Virus record (IMG/VR): IMGVR_UViG_3300030108_005444
Location: 1 to 64,000 of that record
Direction: 5' to 3' (one strand)
DNA length: 64,000 nt
Origin: a virus
The position numbers were made by a program, and so were the translations under genes. Shown here one piece after another: positions 48,144 to 57,170 of the stretch. Under the pieces are notes generated by a model. It was not told the origin of the DNA. It was given only the letters and a program-made list of their open reading frames with translations, and ran no database searches. Position 1 is the first letter of the stretch. Each line of letters starts with the position of its first letter.

Positions 48144-49196
48144 CTAAGCAAACATTGTTTTGACTTTGTTGTTTTGTTCCTTGCTATATTCATAAAAATG
48201 TTTTTGATTATGTATCAAATCGGGCAACATTTCATTATACATTTTTAATAATATATCGTCATCTGTTTTACACACCCAATGCAACACCTTGATAATCTCG
48301 TCATGTACACGATTGGATTGATTGTTTTCAAGATCTGCGAAATCAAAGTAATGATTGAATGTTTTAAATCCCCTATCTCTTAACCATTGATAAGTCTTTG
48401 TGTTGCCGTTTATTACAAATGGACGCAAGCCTAGTATGGGCTTAAATTGTGTTTCACTGACAAAGATATCATCTGTAGGATAAAACATTGTGGCTCCCAC
48501 TACATTAAGAAAATGATGTTGCCAATATTCTAATCTGTGCAGACTCAACACATCATGTGGGATTCCTGTTGGGTCTGGTTGGGACAAATCATGCCAATGT
48601 CCTGCTGAAACGTAGTCTTCTGCTTTTTCGCCTAGTGATAAAAAAAGTTTATTATTAGGATCAAGATCATATGTAGGATCTGGTTTTCCAATGGTCAATA
48701 ATCCAAATTTATCTAATTCATGCTGTAAGATTTTTTTAATCAAATCTACCCTATGAAATCTTGGCTTTCTATTGTAATTTATAAATTTGTGTTTAATTTT
48801 AGTCAATAACAAGTCTTCATTTTCATATTCTAAAAATTCTTGTGCTAATACAGGAGCAAAAAAATTAAATTCATACGCACTATGGTCAAAATTTCCTATC
48901 TTAAAAACATTTACCTTTCCCATAAGTTCAATAAATTGATCATAATCAGGAGGAGACATATACAAAGGATCTACACTTGCGTACAAAAATAAGTTATCTA
49001 TTTTCCTAGCATAGGTTAATGCTTTTTCGTATGCGCCAGTTTTAAAGGTTGGTCCAAACCATGTTGTATCTATAAACAAGTTTTTTTGCTTGTTAAATTT
49101 TTTTCCTATGGCATGTGTTATTGTTTGAATAAAATTATTGTTGTACTTTTGCCATAACCATTCACTAGGAAAGCCTTTACTAATAATTTCTAGCAT
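48144..49196 (-). CDS. Putative GT-B-like transferase, paralogue family A
   Basis: NYNRKPRFHR..FLNVVGAT..FVSETQFKPILGLRPFVING..LRDRGFKTF. Confidence 0.5.
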   Translation of the reverse strand: MLEIISKGFPSEWLWQKYNNNFIQTITHAIGKKFNKQKNLFIDTTWFGPTFKTGAYEKALTYARKIDNLFLYASVDPLYMSPPDYDQFIELMGKVNVFKIGNFDHSAYEFNFFAPVLAQEFLEYENEDLLLTKIKHKFINYNRKPRFHRVDLIKKILQHELDKFGLLTIGKPDPTYDLDPNNKLFLSLGEKAEDYVSAGHWHDLSQPDPTGIPHDVLSLHRLEYWQHHFLNVVGATMFYPTDDIFVSETQFKPILGLRPFVINGNTKTYQWLRDRGFKTFNHYFDFADLENNQSNRVHDEIIKVLHWVCKTDDDILLKMYNEMLPDLIHNQKHFYEYSKEQNNKVKTMFA

Positions 49197-49210
49197 ATTT
49201 TCATTATAAC

Positions 49211-49555
49211 TTATAATTCAAAATTCTGCAAATCGCCATCTAACAGCTGTAACATGACCGCTGGTTTTTCAGCAAAGAGAATCAAATATTTTCTTTTTTG
49301 TGGAATATAATAAGGAGCAGGACAAGAGCGATTTAGATTTAAAAATCCTTTTATTGTTAAAGGCTTGTTCATTCTAATTTTATATGATTGAAATTTAGCA
49401 TATTTTAATAAATGATAACCTTTGTATGTAAGATTGAAGTGACTTTCATTAGATACAAATGATTTAAACATCATTTTGACTATCTTGCCAATTGGCAAAT
49501 CAAGATCACACTGTTGTTTGATTAGTTCTGCTAGTTTGGTTTTAGTTAGTTTCAT
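49211..49555 (-). CDS. Hypothetical protein
   Basis: 114-aa ORF overlapping its upstream neighbour. Confidence 0.6.
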   Translation of the reverse strand: MKLTKTKLAELIKQQCDLDLPIGKIVKMMFKSFVSNESHFNLTYKGYHLLKYAKFQSYKIRMNKPLTIKGFLNLNRSCPAPYYIPQKRKYLILFAEKPAVMLQLLDGDLQNFEL

Positions 49556-49838
49556 CTTTCAATAACTTGCCTTGAGTAAGTTCATATACAGCAAAGTCTT
49601 GACATTTGAATGTATCATTTAGTTTTTGAGCAAGATTGAAAGCATGACCAGGATTTGAAAAGGATGTTTTTTTATATTTTGGACCAGGATAGTTTGAAAT
49701 TATCGATGAGGATTTTAAGTTTATAGGCTTGCCTTGATAAAACACTGCCCATATGGCAGTTGACTCTAATATTTCTTCCATTTTATAGGACTTCTTATTA
49801 GTGTGCTGTAATAAGGTTTTTGGTTTTGGTCTACTCAT
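49542..49838 (-). CDS. Hypothetical protein
   Basis: MSRPKPK..WAVFYQGKPINLK..GPKYKKTSFSNPGHAFNLA; preceded by TATAAATA. Confidence 0.7.
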   Translation of the reverse strand: MSRPKPKTLLQHTNKKSYKMEEILESTAIWAVFYQGKPINLKSSSIISNYPGPKYKKTSFSNPGHAFNLAQKLNDTFKCQDFAVYELTQGKLLKDETN

Positions 49839-49855
49839 ATATATGAGTATTTATA
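49832..49855 (-). promoter_or_regulatory. Late promoter TATAAATA plus 18-bp palindrome covering the start codon
   Basis: TATAAATA at 49855-49848; TACTCATAT|ATATGAGTA at 49832-49849. Confidence 0.6.
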
Positions 49856-49861
49856 GGTGAT

Positions 49862-50086
49862 TTATTGGCTAAAATGGGATTTCAGGTGCTCGTAGTTTCC
49901 AATATATTTGTCATCTAAAAATATTTGTGGCAAAGATCTTGCTGTTGGCACAGCCTCCATTAATTGTTCTTTGGTCCAGCCACTACCAATATTTCTTTCT
50001 TCATATTCTATGCCTTTTTGTTTTAAAAGTCCCTTGGCCATGTCACAAAATGTACAGCCTGGTTTAGTCCAAACGATTGCTTTCAT
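49862..50086 (-). CDS. Glutaredoxin
   Basis: CTFC active site, RSLPQIF, IGNY. Confidence 0.9.
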   Translation of the reverse strand: MKAIVWTKPGCTFCDMAKGLLKQKGIEYEERNIGSGWTKEQLMEAVPTARSLPQIFLDDKYIGNYEHLKSHFSQ

Positions 50087-50307
50087 TTAAAATCTCCTCC
50101 GTCCATACTTATCTGTGATTCTCCGCCTTGGTCTTGTTTTCTACTCTGTATTTCTACATAATGTAACAACAAGGTGGTGAGACTGTTTCTTACTTTTTTT
50201 GCTTGTGCTAAGTTTATCTTGACTTCTTTTTGTTTTGCATTTTCAGATTTGTCAATTAGATCGATAAAATTTTTTAAATGGAGAGTATCATCTACTTTTG
50301 TTGACAT
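50083..50307 (-). CDS. Hypothetical protein
   Basis: MSTKVDD...MDGGDFK; start inferred. Confidence 0.6.
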   Translation of the reverse strand: MSTKVDDTLHLKNFIDLIDKSENAKQKEVKINLAQAKKVRNSLTTLLLHYVEIQSRKQDQGGESQISMDGGDFK

Positions 50308-50770
50308 CTGAAAATACCTTTCTCTGTTCAATTATAGTTTTGAAAGGCCCTCTGTATTCATTATCTGCTATGGTGGCAAGTTTTGGGCAAAATCCTTTGA
50401 CCCATCCTTTTGAAAATTTTATACAGTAATAGCCTGCGGCATACATGTTATTTGAATTTTTCGATTTGGAATACAATGGTAACTTTTGTTGTACGTCAAA
50501 CACAGAGTTGTAAGGTATGTGCTTTGTAGGGAATCCATAACATTCATAATCTACAGGTGTAGTATCCTTTGGCTTGGACAGTTGTTGATGAAAAAGATCG
50601 AACTTTTCGTTGATCTCATCTAATGTTAGTGTAGCAACAGATGAATCAGAACCAGTAATAATAAACTGATTTATATCATGTCTTTGTATAGTTCCAATTC
50701 GGGTTCCGTTCTGTTCTATTATCCAAAACCGATCAGGCAATAGTTGCTTTGTTTTAACTGAGTCTAGCAT
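50288..50770 (-). CDS. Hypothetical protein
   Basis: FWIIEQNG..AAGYYCIKF..FCPKL..YRGPFKT; start inferred at MLDSVK. Confidence 0.65.
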   Translation of the reverse strand: MLDSVKTKQLLPDRFWIIEQNGTRIGTIQRHDINQFIITGSDSSVATLTLDEINEKFDLFHQQLSKPKDTTPVDYECYGFPTKHIPYNSVFDVQQKLPLYSKSKNSNNMYAAGYYCIKFSKGWVKGFCPKLATIADNEYRGPFKTIIEQRKVFSDVNKSR

Positions 50771-51743
50771 TGAAAGGTTCTGCGTAAAATTTGACATTAT
50801 CTCTTATCCTAACTAAATCGTGCTTGGCACAAAATTTTAATAAATGTACACCAACATTTGCTATAGATTTGGATGTTTCTGTAGCATTCGTTATTGTATT
50901 AGCAATGTTTATTTTAACATTATCTGGTTGCATGGTCAAGTCAATTAGTTGTTCATTTATAGCGTATTCATCCCTGACTACTCTTTCGTTGCCATCATGA
51001 TCAATCCATCTAGTCAACATCATGTTGTTCCAAACAAACCCTTGATTTTTTCTATCTTCAAATGCTTCTTTTAGTTTTGTCGTGCGTACTTTAGGAAAAG
51101 CAGAAAACACATTGTCTGACGAATCACCACGCATACATTTTTCAAACAACAACCATTGTGGATTAGGGGCTGACTTTGGTAATTTTGTTTTTTTGTCTAC
51201 AACGGGATTATTGTTATCATCAAAAAATCCTTCTATTGTTATTAAGGTATCAGTAATGCCATTGTATTGGGAAACATTATCAGATAAAAGTTGATAAAAA
51301 TCTGAATCAGAAGATACAATAACATGTTTGTCATTTGGATGAGATTGAATCCAGCCAGCAATTAAATCATCTGCTTCAAGTTCATTATGTCTTAATGTTG
51401 TACAATTTGATTTTGTGTCTACAAATGTTTTGAATTCATCGAATGTTTCCCAAAATATTTGATCTGCTTCTTGTTCTGCAGGAGACATAGCATCTCTAGT
51501 TTCTTTTCTATTTTGTTTGTATCTAGGATAAAAATCTTTACGCCAAGACCTGCCTTCAAAACAAAAAATAACATGATCTGCTTTAAATTTTTCCCAACAC
51601 TTTTTGACTGAGTTCATACAAATATGTAGAGCAAGGCCTGTTTTAGTTGTTATGTCGTCGCCACGAACCACATGTCTGGCTCTAAAAAATGTATTTGCCG
51701 AATCTATAATAAGATATGTTTTAGGAGATTTCAGTTTTGCCAT
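50754..51743 (-). CDS. rnh: T4 RNase H-like 5'-3' exonuclease
   Basis: LIIDSAN, EGRSWRKDFYPRYKQNR, EADDLIA, SSDSDFYQL, GDSSDNV; GAGAGG Shine-Dalgarno before ATG 51743. Confidence 0.9.
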   Translation of the reverse strand: MAKLKSPKTYLIIDSANTFFRARHVVRGDDITTKTGLALHICMNSVKKCWEKFKADHVIFCFEGRSWRKDFYPRYKQNRKETRDAMSPAEQEADQIFWETFDEFKTFVDTKSNCTTLRHNELEADDLIAGWIQSHPNDKHVIVSSDSDFYQLLSDNVSQYNGITDTLITIEGFFDDNNNPVVDKKTKLPKSAPNPQWLLFEKCMRGDSSDNVFSAFPKVRTTKLKEAFEDRKNQGFVWNNMMLTRWIDHDGNERVVRDEYAINEQLIDLTMQPDNVKINIANTITNATETSKSIANVGVHLLKFCAKHDLVRIRDNVKFYAEPFNARLS

Positions 51744-52059
51744 CCTCTCGCTTTTCTTCTTTGACAATAGCATTGTCTGTGGCGAGTGGGGTGGCCTCAT
51801 CTGCTATTGTATTACACAAAACAGAAAACCAATGATCAACAACTTCTTCGTCTGTGTTGCCTGAAAATCCATGTTTTTTTAAATTTTCAACAAAGTGTTG
51901 ATTCCAATCAAGTTCGAAATATCCATACTTAGGATTTTTTGGATCAACATTTGTGTCTAAAACTTTTATGTAAGGCTCGCCACGTTCTGTTGCTGTCTCC
52001 TTAGCAGTTTTTTCTAGTGCCTGCTGTTTAGTGAATATATTTTTTAACTTATCAAGCAT
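51721..52059 (-). CDS. Hypothetical protein
   Basis: AKETATERGEPYI..GYFELDWN..VVDHWF; ATG 52059 follows a promoter. Confidence 0.7.
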   Translation of the reverse strand: MLDKLKNIFTKQQALEKTAKETATERGEPYIKVLDTNVDPKNPKYGYFELDWNQHFVENLKKHGFSGNTDEEVVDHWFSVLCNTIADEATPLATDNAIVKEEKREDGKTEIS

Positions 52060-52157
52060 GTTAATAATAATATAACAAATAAACCAAAAATTGTCAACAC
52101 CATCCAATTATTGTTTGATTGTTTATAACTTTTGTCATCTGAAGGCAATGGCTTCAT
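52044..52157 (-). CDS. Small single-TM membrane protein (37 aa) MKPLPSDDKSYKQSNNNWMVLTIFGLFVILLLTCLIS, not in the ORF track
   Basis: Translated by hand; AAGGAG Shine-Dalgarno upstream; hydrophobic C-terminal ~19 aa. Confidence 0.55.
   Translation of the reverse strand: MKPLPSDDKSYKQSNNNWMVLTIFGLFVILLLTCLIS
52069..52097 (-). promoter_or_regulatory. Sigma70-type promoter (extended -10)
   Basis: TTGACA(52097-92)-17 bp-TATATT(52074-69), preceded by TG. Confidence 0.6.
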
Positions 52158-52180
52158 AAAATTTCTCCTTGAAAACACTC

Positions 52181-53080
52181 TCATGTGCCTATCTTATTTC
52201 CAAACAAATACACATGAACTCTTGCGGCCACATTGTAGCCTCTTTTAAATGCCTTAGCGGCCACTTCACCAGCGGTGGCATGTTGTTCTTCTTCTCTTGC
52301 TCCTGTTGGCATGATCCACACTGGCCAATCAACACCAGCACTTCTAAATTTTTCAACTGCTTCTTCCATTTCATCCCACTCACGTTGTTTAGGCCCTAAA
52401 ACAAATTTAAGTTGTCCAGCTTTGGAAAGTTTGTGATATTCAGCAACAGTTTCAGGCTTGATTGCTTTTTCTGGTTTTTCACCTGATACTGTAAACAATT
52501 TAGGACTACAAGAAAAGAAAACTTCTGTGTCTATTGAACGCACCCAATCAATGAAAGGATCTTTTAAGATTTGTGTGCCGTTTGTTTCAAAAGTCATTGA
52601 TCCAGGAAGATTGTTTTGCTCTTTCAATGTGTTGTAGATACCAACCACAGCCTGTTGTCCTGTTACCATTAATGGTTCACCACCTGTAAAACACAAATGT
52701 TGTTTTTGTTTTGTAACAGGATGTAAGAATTTTCCTTCGGGATTGGATTCATTTTTCAAACAGTCAACAATTTTTTCTGCCAACACCGATGGAGTTTCTT
52801 GCCCCATCAGTCCTTTGAATTTTTTCGCCCATGTATAACTTGAGTCGCATCCTTTTTCCCATACTGGAAGATCTTCAACTCTTTTAACAGTTGTTACATC
52901 AAAGTCTTCAAATGGCAGATCATACGTATCTGGATTAGTAGGATCTATTTGTCCAAATCCACTACATTGTAAGTTACACAAAAAGAATCTTATCCAGGCA
53001 GTAGGAACACCAGTATAGTGTCCTTCACCTTGGATAGAATAAAAAATTTCTGAATAATAGTATTTTTTGTCCACTGTCAT
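52181..53080 (-). CDS. queE: 7-carboxy-7-deazaguanine synthase-like radical SAM enzyme
   Basis: SEIFYSIQGEG..GVPTAWIRF..CNLQC...GCDS, TGGEPL, ETNGT, SPKL, LKFV, RVHVYLFG; folE/queD/dpdA context. Confidence 0.85.
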   Translation of the reverse strand: MTVDKKYYYSEIFYSIQGEGHYTGVPTAWIRFFLCNLQCSGFGQIDPTNPDTYDLPFEDFDVTTVKRVEDLPVWEKGCDSSYTWAKKFKGLMGQETPSVLAEKIVDCLKNESNPEGKFLHPVTKQKQHLCFTGGEPLMVTGQQAVVGIYNTLKEQNNLPGSMTFETNGTQILKDPFIDWVRSIDTEVFFSCSPKLFTVSGEKPEKAIKPETVAEYHKLSKAGQLKFVLGPKQREWDEMEEAVEKFRSAGVDWPVWIMPTGAREEEQHATAGEVAAKAFKRGYNVAARVHVYLFGNKIGT

Positions 53081-53130
53081 ATTATATTTAGGCTATACTA
53101 TATTATATTTAGGTTATAGTTTTTTGTCAA
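53079..53130 (-). promoter_or_regulatory. Consensus sigma70 promoter with a 21-bp-period tandem duplication
   Basis: TTGACA(53130-25)-17 bp-TATAAT(53107-02); ATATTATATTTAGG(C/T)TATA at 53079-53097 and 53100-53118. Confidence 0.75.
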
Positions 53131-54209
53131 TTCATTTTTTCATCACATAGGGCAAGGAAATCAGGGTGTAAATCTACTTGTGTCCAATTAAGATTGCTTT
53201 TATTATAATAATCAATGAATAGTTTAAGGTCTTTTCTAAACACATCAAAAAAGTGATCAATATCAAGAGCCAACCTTTTATTATGCTCTAGTCTTTTTTG
53301 TTGATCTATATAGTGTTCATGACAGAGATCGATATCATCGAAAAGATGTTTGTTGTCTTCTAAACCTTGGATAACCGATTGGTATCTGTCTAATGTGCTC
53401 AAATGGTTATGTTTCAGGACATCTCCAAATACATCAAAACCTAACTTTCTAAACAATTTATGGTGTTTATAACTGCCTAACCACAATGGAAAATTATATG
53501 ATATGAATGGTCTAATGGACATTTCGGTCAAAGCACCGTGTAGTTCTAAACTATGGGCTTCGGTGATAAAATTAATATATGACTGTCCTGTAATTTCAGG
53601 CATAAGATAGTTGTAAAAAAATGACGGATCGTCGTATGACCATTCATCAACCGCTCCGTATCTCAAAGGTAAATTGCTATCAATAATGTATTTTTTATGT
53701 AAAAACTTTTTTTTATCTAGTTTTACTTTACAAGCACTTGATTCAATTAATGGAACTAGTTCTGTAAGATCGTTGTTTTCCATCATGGTGTATCTAAACT
53801 TATCTGACTTTAGATACAAAGCACACCAAAAAGATAAAAAAGATCGATGCCATCTATTTCTTCCACCAATAGTACATGTTGTGAAGTTTTTTTTCTCTAG
53901 TGATATTTCAGGCCATCTTCCATGTTGTTTGTGTTGAAATATTTGACACATAAAATACAAAGGCAAAAATATACAATTGTTGGGTTGCCCATTTACAAAC
54001 TGTGGATTATTGAAAAAAAAGAAAAGTTTGTTTGGATTAGACAAAACTATTTCATCTAACTTTGTTGAATTAGTTTTTGTATACTCAATTGATGTTTCGT
54101 GATTAGGGATTCCTGGCAAGTTGGAATGATCTGGAATGCAGAACACATCATCTCTCTGAATTTTTGATTGTATATGATCAATTTGATCTTTTGGACTTAT
54201 GCTTAACAT
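53127..54209 (-). CDS. Putative GT-B-like transferase, paralogue family A (divergent)
   Basis: GGRNRWHR..INFITEA..LTEMSIRPFISYNFPLWLG..FRKLGFDVF. Confidence 0.45.
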   Translation of the reverse strand: MLSISPKDQIDHIQSKIQRDDVFCIPDHSNLPGIPNHETSIEYTKTNSTKLDEIVLSNPNKLFFFFNNPQFVNGQPNNCIFLPLYFMCQIFQHKQHGRWPEISLEKKNFTTCTIGGRNRWHRSFLSFWCALYLKSDKFRYTMMENNDLTELVPLIESSACKVKLDKKKFLHKKYIIDSNLPLRYGAVDEWSYDDPSFFYNYLMPEITGQSYINFITEAHSLELHGALTEMSIRPFISYNFPLWLGSYKHHKLFRKLGFDVFGDVLKHNHLSTLDRYQSVIQGLEDNKHLFDDIDLCHEHYIDQQKRLEHNKRLALDIDHFFDVFRKDLKLFIDYYNKSNLNWTQVDLHPDFLALCDEKMN

Positions 54210-55187
54210 TTAAAAATACCAATCTAATACATATTCTCTTTCCAATTCACTAGTACAACAATGAGGTCCACCGCCTAAAGTCCTCTGATGACGCATCATC
54301 ACAGGAACAACTTCGTAACCAAGTTTTTCTAAAAATTTTATTGTAGTTGGTTGTGAGGCATTTACTACTACAGTATTCTCGTCCAATGAAACTAAGTTTA
54401 AATTACACCACTTAGACATCATTGGATAAGAGCCGAAATATTTCATTTCATCATACATAGGCGCTTCTATAATATCCCATTTTTGTAGAGGCTTAGGAAG
54501 ATCAGTTTTTTTTACCCTAGCAGGATTAACTAACATTGTCCCTGGTCGTAGAAAAGCAATTGTAGAATCTATGTGCGATAGTGCATAAACATCAGTTAAA
54601 ACGTGTACTTTGAAATCAGAGCCTAAAATTTTTTGTAATTGTTTTGCGCCTAACATGTTGCCAGTATTGCTGTGGAGATACCAAATATCTCTACCTGCTC
54701 TCAAAATGTTTGCCGCGTCCCACATAGGTTTAAAGTTGTTTGTAGAAAGTATTCCTTCATTTTGAATACAATCGTTGTTGTAATCTTGATCATCAAATAG
54801 TTGTGTTGATAAATCATGATTAATTGGTATGTTTAAACTTTTTATTTCGTCCTTTCTACCATTGACAGACATAGGTGATGCAATAATTTTATTGTGTATT
54901 TTAATAATAAAATCTCGTGGACAATATAGATATTGATAATTTTTAACATTAGTAGAAAACTTTGGCCTAATTACTTCTGCCCCAAATTGTCTATACACAC
55001 TTGCTAGATTTTCGAGATCTTCATTTGCTTCGTCAATTATAGTTTGTGAGAATTGTTCATATGGAATCGACCAATCATTTGGGTATTCTGCCCAATTGAT
55101 ATGCCTGTTTCCTGGGCATGGGGGACAAAATTGGCTTTTATCAGCAATGCCCACAATGACTTTTTTGACTCGGCCCCATTCATTCAT
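54210..55187 (-). CDS. Amidinotransferase (glycine/inosamine-phosphate amidinotransferase family)
   Basis: NEWG.VKKVIVG, CPRD, DAANILR, HIDST, RTLGGGPHCCT (catalytic Asp/His/Cys). Confidence 0.9.
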   Translation of the reverse strand: MNEWGRVKKVIVGIADKSQFCPPCPGNRHINWAEYPNDWSIPYEQFSQTIIDEANEDLENLASVYRQFGAEVIRPKFSTNVKNYQYLYCPRDFIIKIHNKIIASPMSVNGRKDEIKSLNIPINHDLSTQLFDDQDYNNDCIQNEGILSTNNFKPMWDAANILRAGRDIWYLHSNTGNMLGAKQLQKILGSDFKVHVLTDVYALSHIDSTIAFLRPGTMLVNPARVKKTDLPKPLQKWDIIEAPMYDEMKYFGSYPMMSKWCNLNLVSLDENTVVVNASQPTTIKFLEKLGYEVVPVMMRHQRTLGGGPHCCTSELEREYVLDWYF

Positions 55188-56218
55188 TATAGGATTATTC
55201 TTTCAAGATTGCTTGTTTTGTCTATATCTTCTTGAATTAAATTATTAACTTTGTTTGGTTTACAAGGAGGGCATAAGGTTGTGTTTATAGAATTATAAAT
55301 TTTCATGTGTTTTTGTCCAAACCAAAGATCTCTTATGTCATCAGTTTTCCAGTTGCCTAATACAAAGCGTTTTTGTCCTCTACCCTCGCAACATAAACTT
55401 ATCTCACCATTGGCAGCTAAAATTGGATATAAAAACATTTGATGACATTTTGTATATTTTCTTGGTTGTTGTCTGTATTGTGGCAGATTATAACTTACAT
55501 TAAGTTCTGAACTAATTTTACTAATAAGCGTTTTTAATTCATCTGACACGTGAAAAAGTTTATTTGTAAATTGATCAACTATTGGCCTGATATGTAGTTT
55601 TCTTGCCTGTACATCTTTGGCAAAGTGGAATAAAGAATATAATTCTTTTTCACTCGTATTTTCTTCCATTAACAATGCCTTAACATCACAAACATATCCT
55701 TTATCTACTGCTCTTTTGATATTATCTTTTACTTGGTCAAATAAAGATTCTTTTGTCAATGATCTTCTGATTTTTTCATACGTTTGTTTGTTGCCAGCGT
55801 CGATGTCTATGCCTATCCATGCTATTGATTGAATTTTATGTTGCGGAAGATAATCAATCAACTTGTTTAATTTAGATCCATTTGTAATCAAACTTACTAA
55901 AAAATTACAATCAATTGCTTTTTCAATAATTTTATGATAATCTTTGTGTACAGTAGGTTCACCACCACCTGTAAAATTAATATTTCTCACTGTGCCTGCA
56001 CTGTAAGGAGTATGGGTCCTCCAATTGTAAAGTTGGTCGATCAGTTTAACATATTCTTTGTATGAAGACTGCACTAAATTTTTTTGTCTAAAATTAAAAC
56101 TATTACAATAAAAACAGTCTTGGTTGCAGACATTAGTTAAATCGAGATCGATGTGGCTAGGTAATACTGGAAGATTGGTTTTTCCGCAGAGGTTGAGACT
56201 TAGATCTGTATAGGGCAT
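55187..56218 (-). CDS. Radical SAM protein with C-terminal SPASM/twitch domain
   Basis: CNQDCFYC, TGGGEP, ITNG; C-terminal CHQM..LCCE..LGN..CPPC. Confidence 0.9.
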   Translation of the reverse strand: MPYTDLSLNLCGKTNLPVLPSHIDLDLTNVCNQDCFYCNSFNFRQKNLVQSSYKEYVKLIDQLYNWRTHTPYSAGTVRNINFTGGGEPTVHKDYHKIIEKAIDCNFLVSLITNGSKLNKLIDYLPQHKIQSIAWIGIDIDAGNKQTYEKIRRSLTKESLFDQVKDNIKRAVDKGYVCDVKALLMEENTSEKELYSLFHFAKDVQARKLHIRPIVDQFTNKLFHVSDELKTLISKISSELNVSYNLPQYRQQPRKYTKCHQMFLYPILAANGEISLCCEGRGQKRFVLGNWKTDDIRDLWFGQKHMKIYNSINTTLCPPCKPNKVNNLIQEDIDKTSNLERIIL

Positions 56219-56223
56219 TACAA

Positions 56224-56724
56224 TTAGTTATTGACACAAGTGATCTGCAGAGTATATCTATGTTCAGTTCCTAGGTTATAAGCGGCATGAAGTGTGGTTC
56301 CCTGCCAACTTACATAGTCTCCAGCATGCCATGTTGACCAAACCTTGTCTTTGATCTGCATAAGATGTCCTGGTTTGGAATCCTCTAAAAAAATTATGAA
56401 TCTTGTAATGTCATTAATATTTTTAACATTGTAGATCTTGCTGTATATTTGATACATGTCACCATGTAGAGGCAAAACATTACCAGGAGGAGTTCTGTTG
56501 AATGCGGCAGCTTTAAAATTAAAATCAAAATGTTCTAATACTTTATCAACAAATTTAGGCAGTGGACTAGGTAGTGTGTACACATCATTGTTAATTATTG
56601 TTTTGTAGGCTTCTTCTTTGTAATCAAGTAAATTTGGATGAAGATAACCGCCTTTACTTTCATAGGCTAGATCCTTGTAATCATTTTCTTGCCAACAAAC
56701 AGGTATATTTCTTAAACTTCCCAT
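56224..56724 (-). CDS. 2OG-Fe(II) oxygenase/cupin-like protein
   Basis: PPGNVLPLHGD (HxD), RFIIFLED, HAAYNLG..RYTLQIT. Confidence 0.7.
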   Translation of the reverse strand: MGSLRNIPVCWQENDYKDLAYESKGGYLHPNLLDYKEEAYKTIINNDVYTLPSPLPKFVDKVLEHFDFNFKAAAFNRTPPGNVLPLHGDMYQIYSKIYNVKNINDITRFIIFLEDSKPGHLMQIKDKVWSTWHAGDYVSWQGTTLHAAYNLGTEHRYTLQITCVNN

Positions 56725-57170
56725 GGGTACACAATCCAAGCAGGATCTTTGTTTTTATCAATTTTTTCTGCCCAGTAATCAACATCAAATTCAGATGGTT
56801 CATTATCTATCAAAACAGCGTATTCCGTATATCTTGCGCCGCGGTGATGCATAATCTCACGCACCTTTTTAAATGTGTGGCCAGTATCATTGATGTCATC
56901 CACCACTAAAAATTTGTAGTGATCAATCCAATTTTCGCCAGTGCCATGTCCAACCGGAAAGTCGGGAATCATTTCTTTAGCATGATCTCGGGTTGATAGT
57001 GAAATAGGAATCATAGGGATATCTAGCCTGTGTGAAATGATAGTGGCAGGAATACAACCTCCTCTGGACACTCCTATAATGTGTGTAAAATATTTACTTT
57101 CCACTGCATCAGCCAAGTTGCTAGACATCTGATGTATTTGCTTCCATGAATAATATTTTTTATCGGGCAT
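56712..57170 (-). CDS. Purine phosphoribosyltransferase (Gpt-like)
   Basis: IIGVSRGG, LVVDDINDTGHT (PRPP loop), WIVYPWE. Confidence 0.9.
   Translation of the reverse strand: MPDKKYYSWKQIHQMSSNLADAVESKYFTHIIGVSRGGCIPATIISHRLDIPMIPISLSTRDHAKEMIPDFPVGHGTGENWIDHYKFLVVDDINDTGHTFKKVREIMHHRGARYTEYAVLIDNEPSEFDVDYWAEKIDKNKDPAWIVYPWEV

Noticed and set aside
54210-55187. Amidinotransferase as a standard archaeosine synthase
   Set aside because: It is a pentein-family (AGAT/StrB1) enzyme, not ArcS, Gat-QueC or QueF-like, so archaeosine synthesis cannot be claimed.
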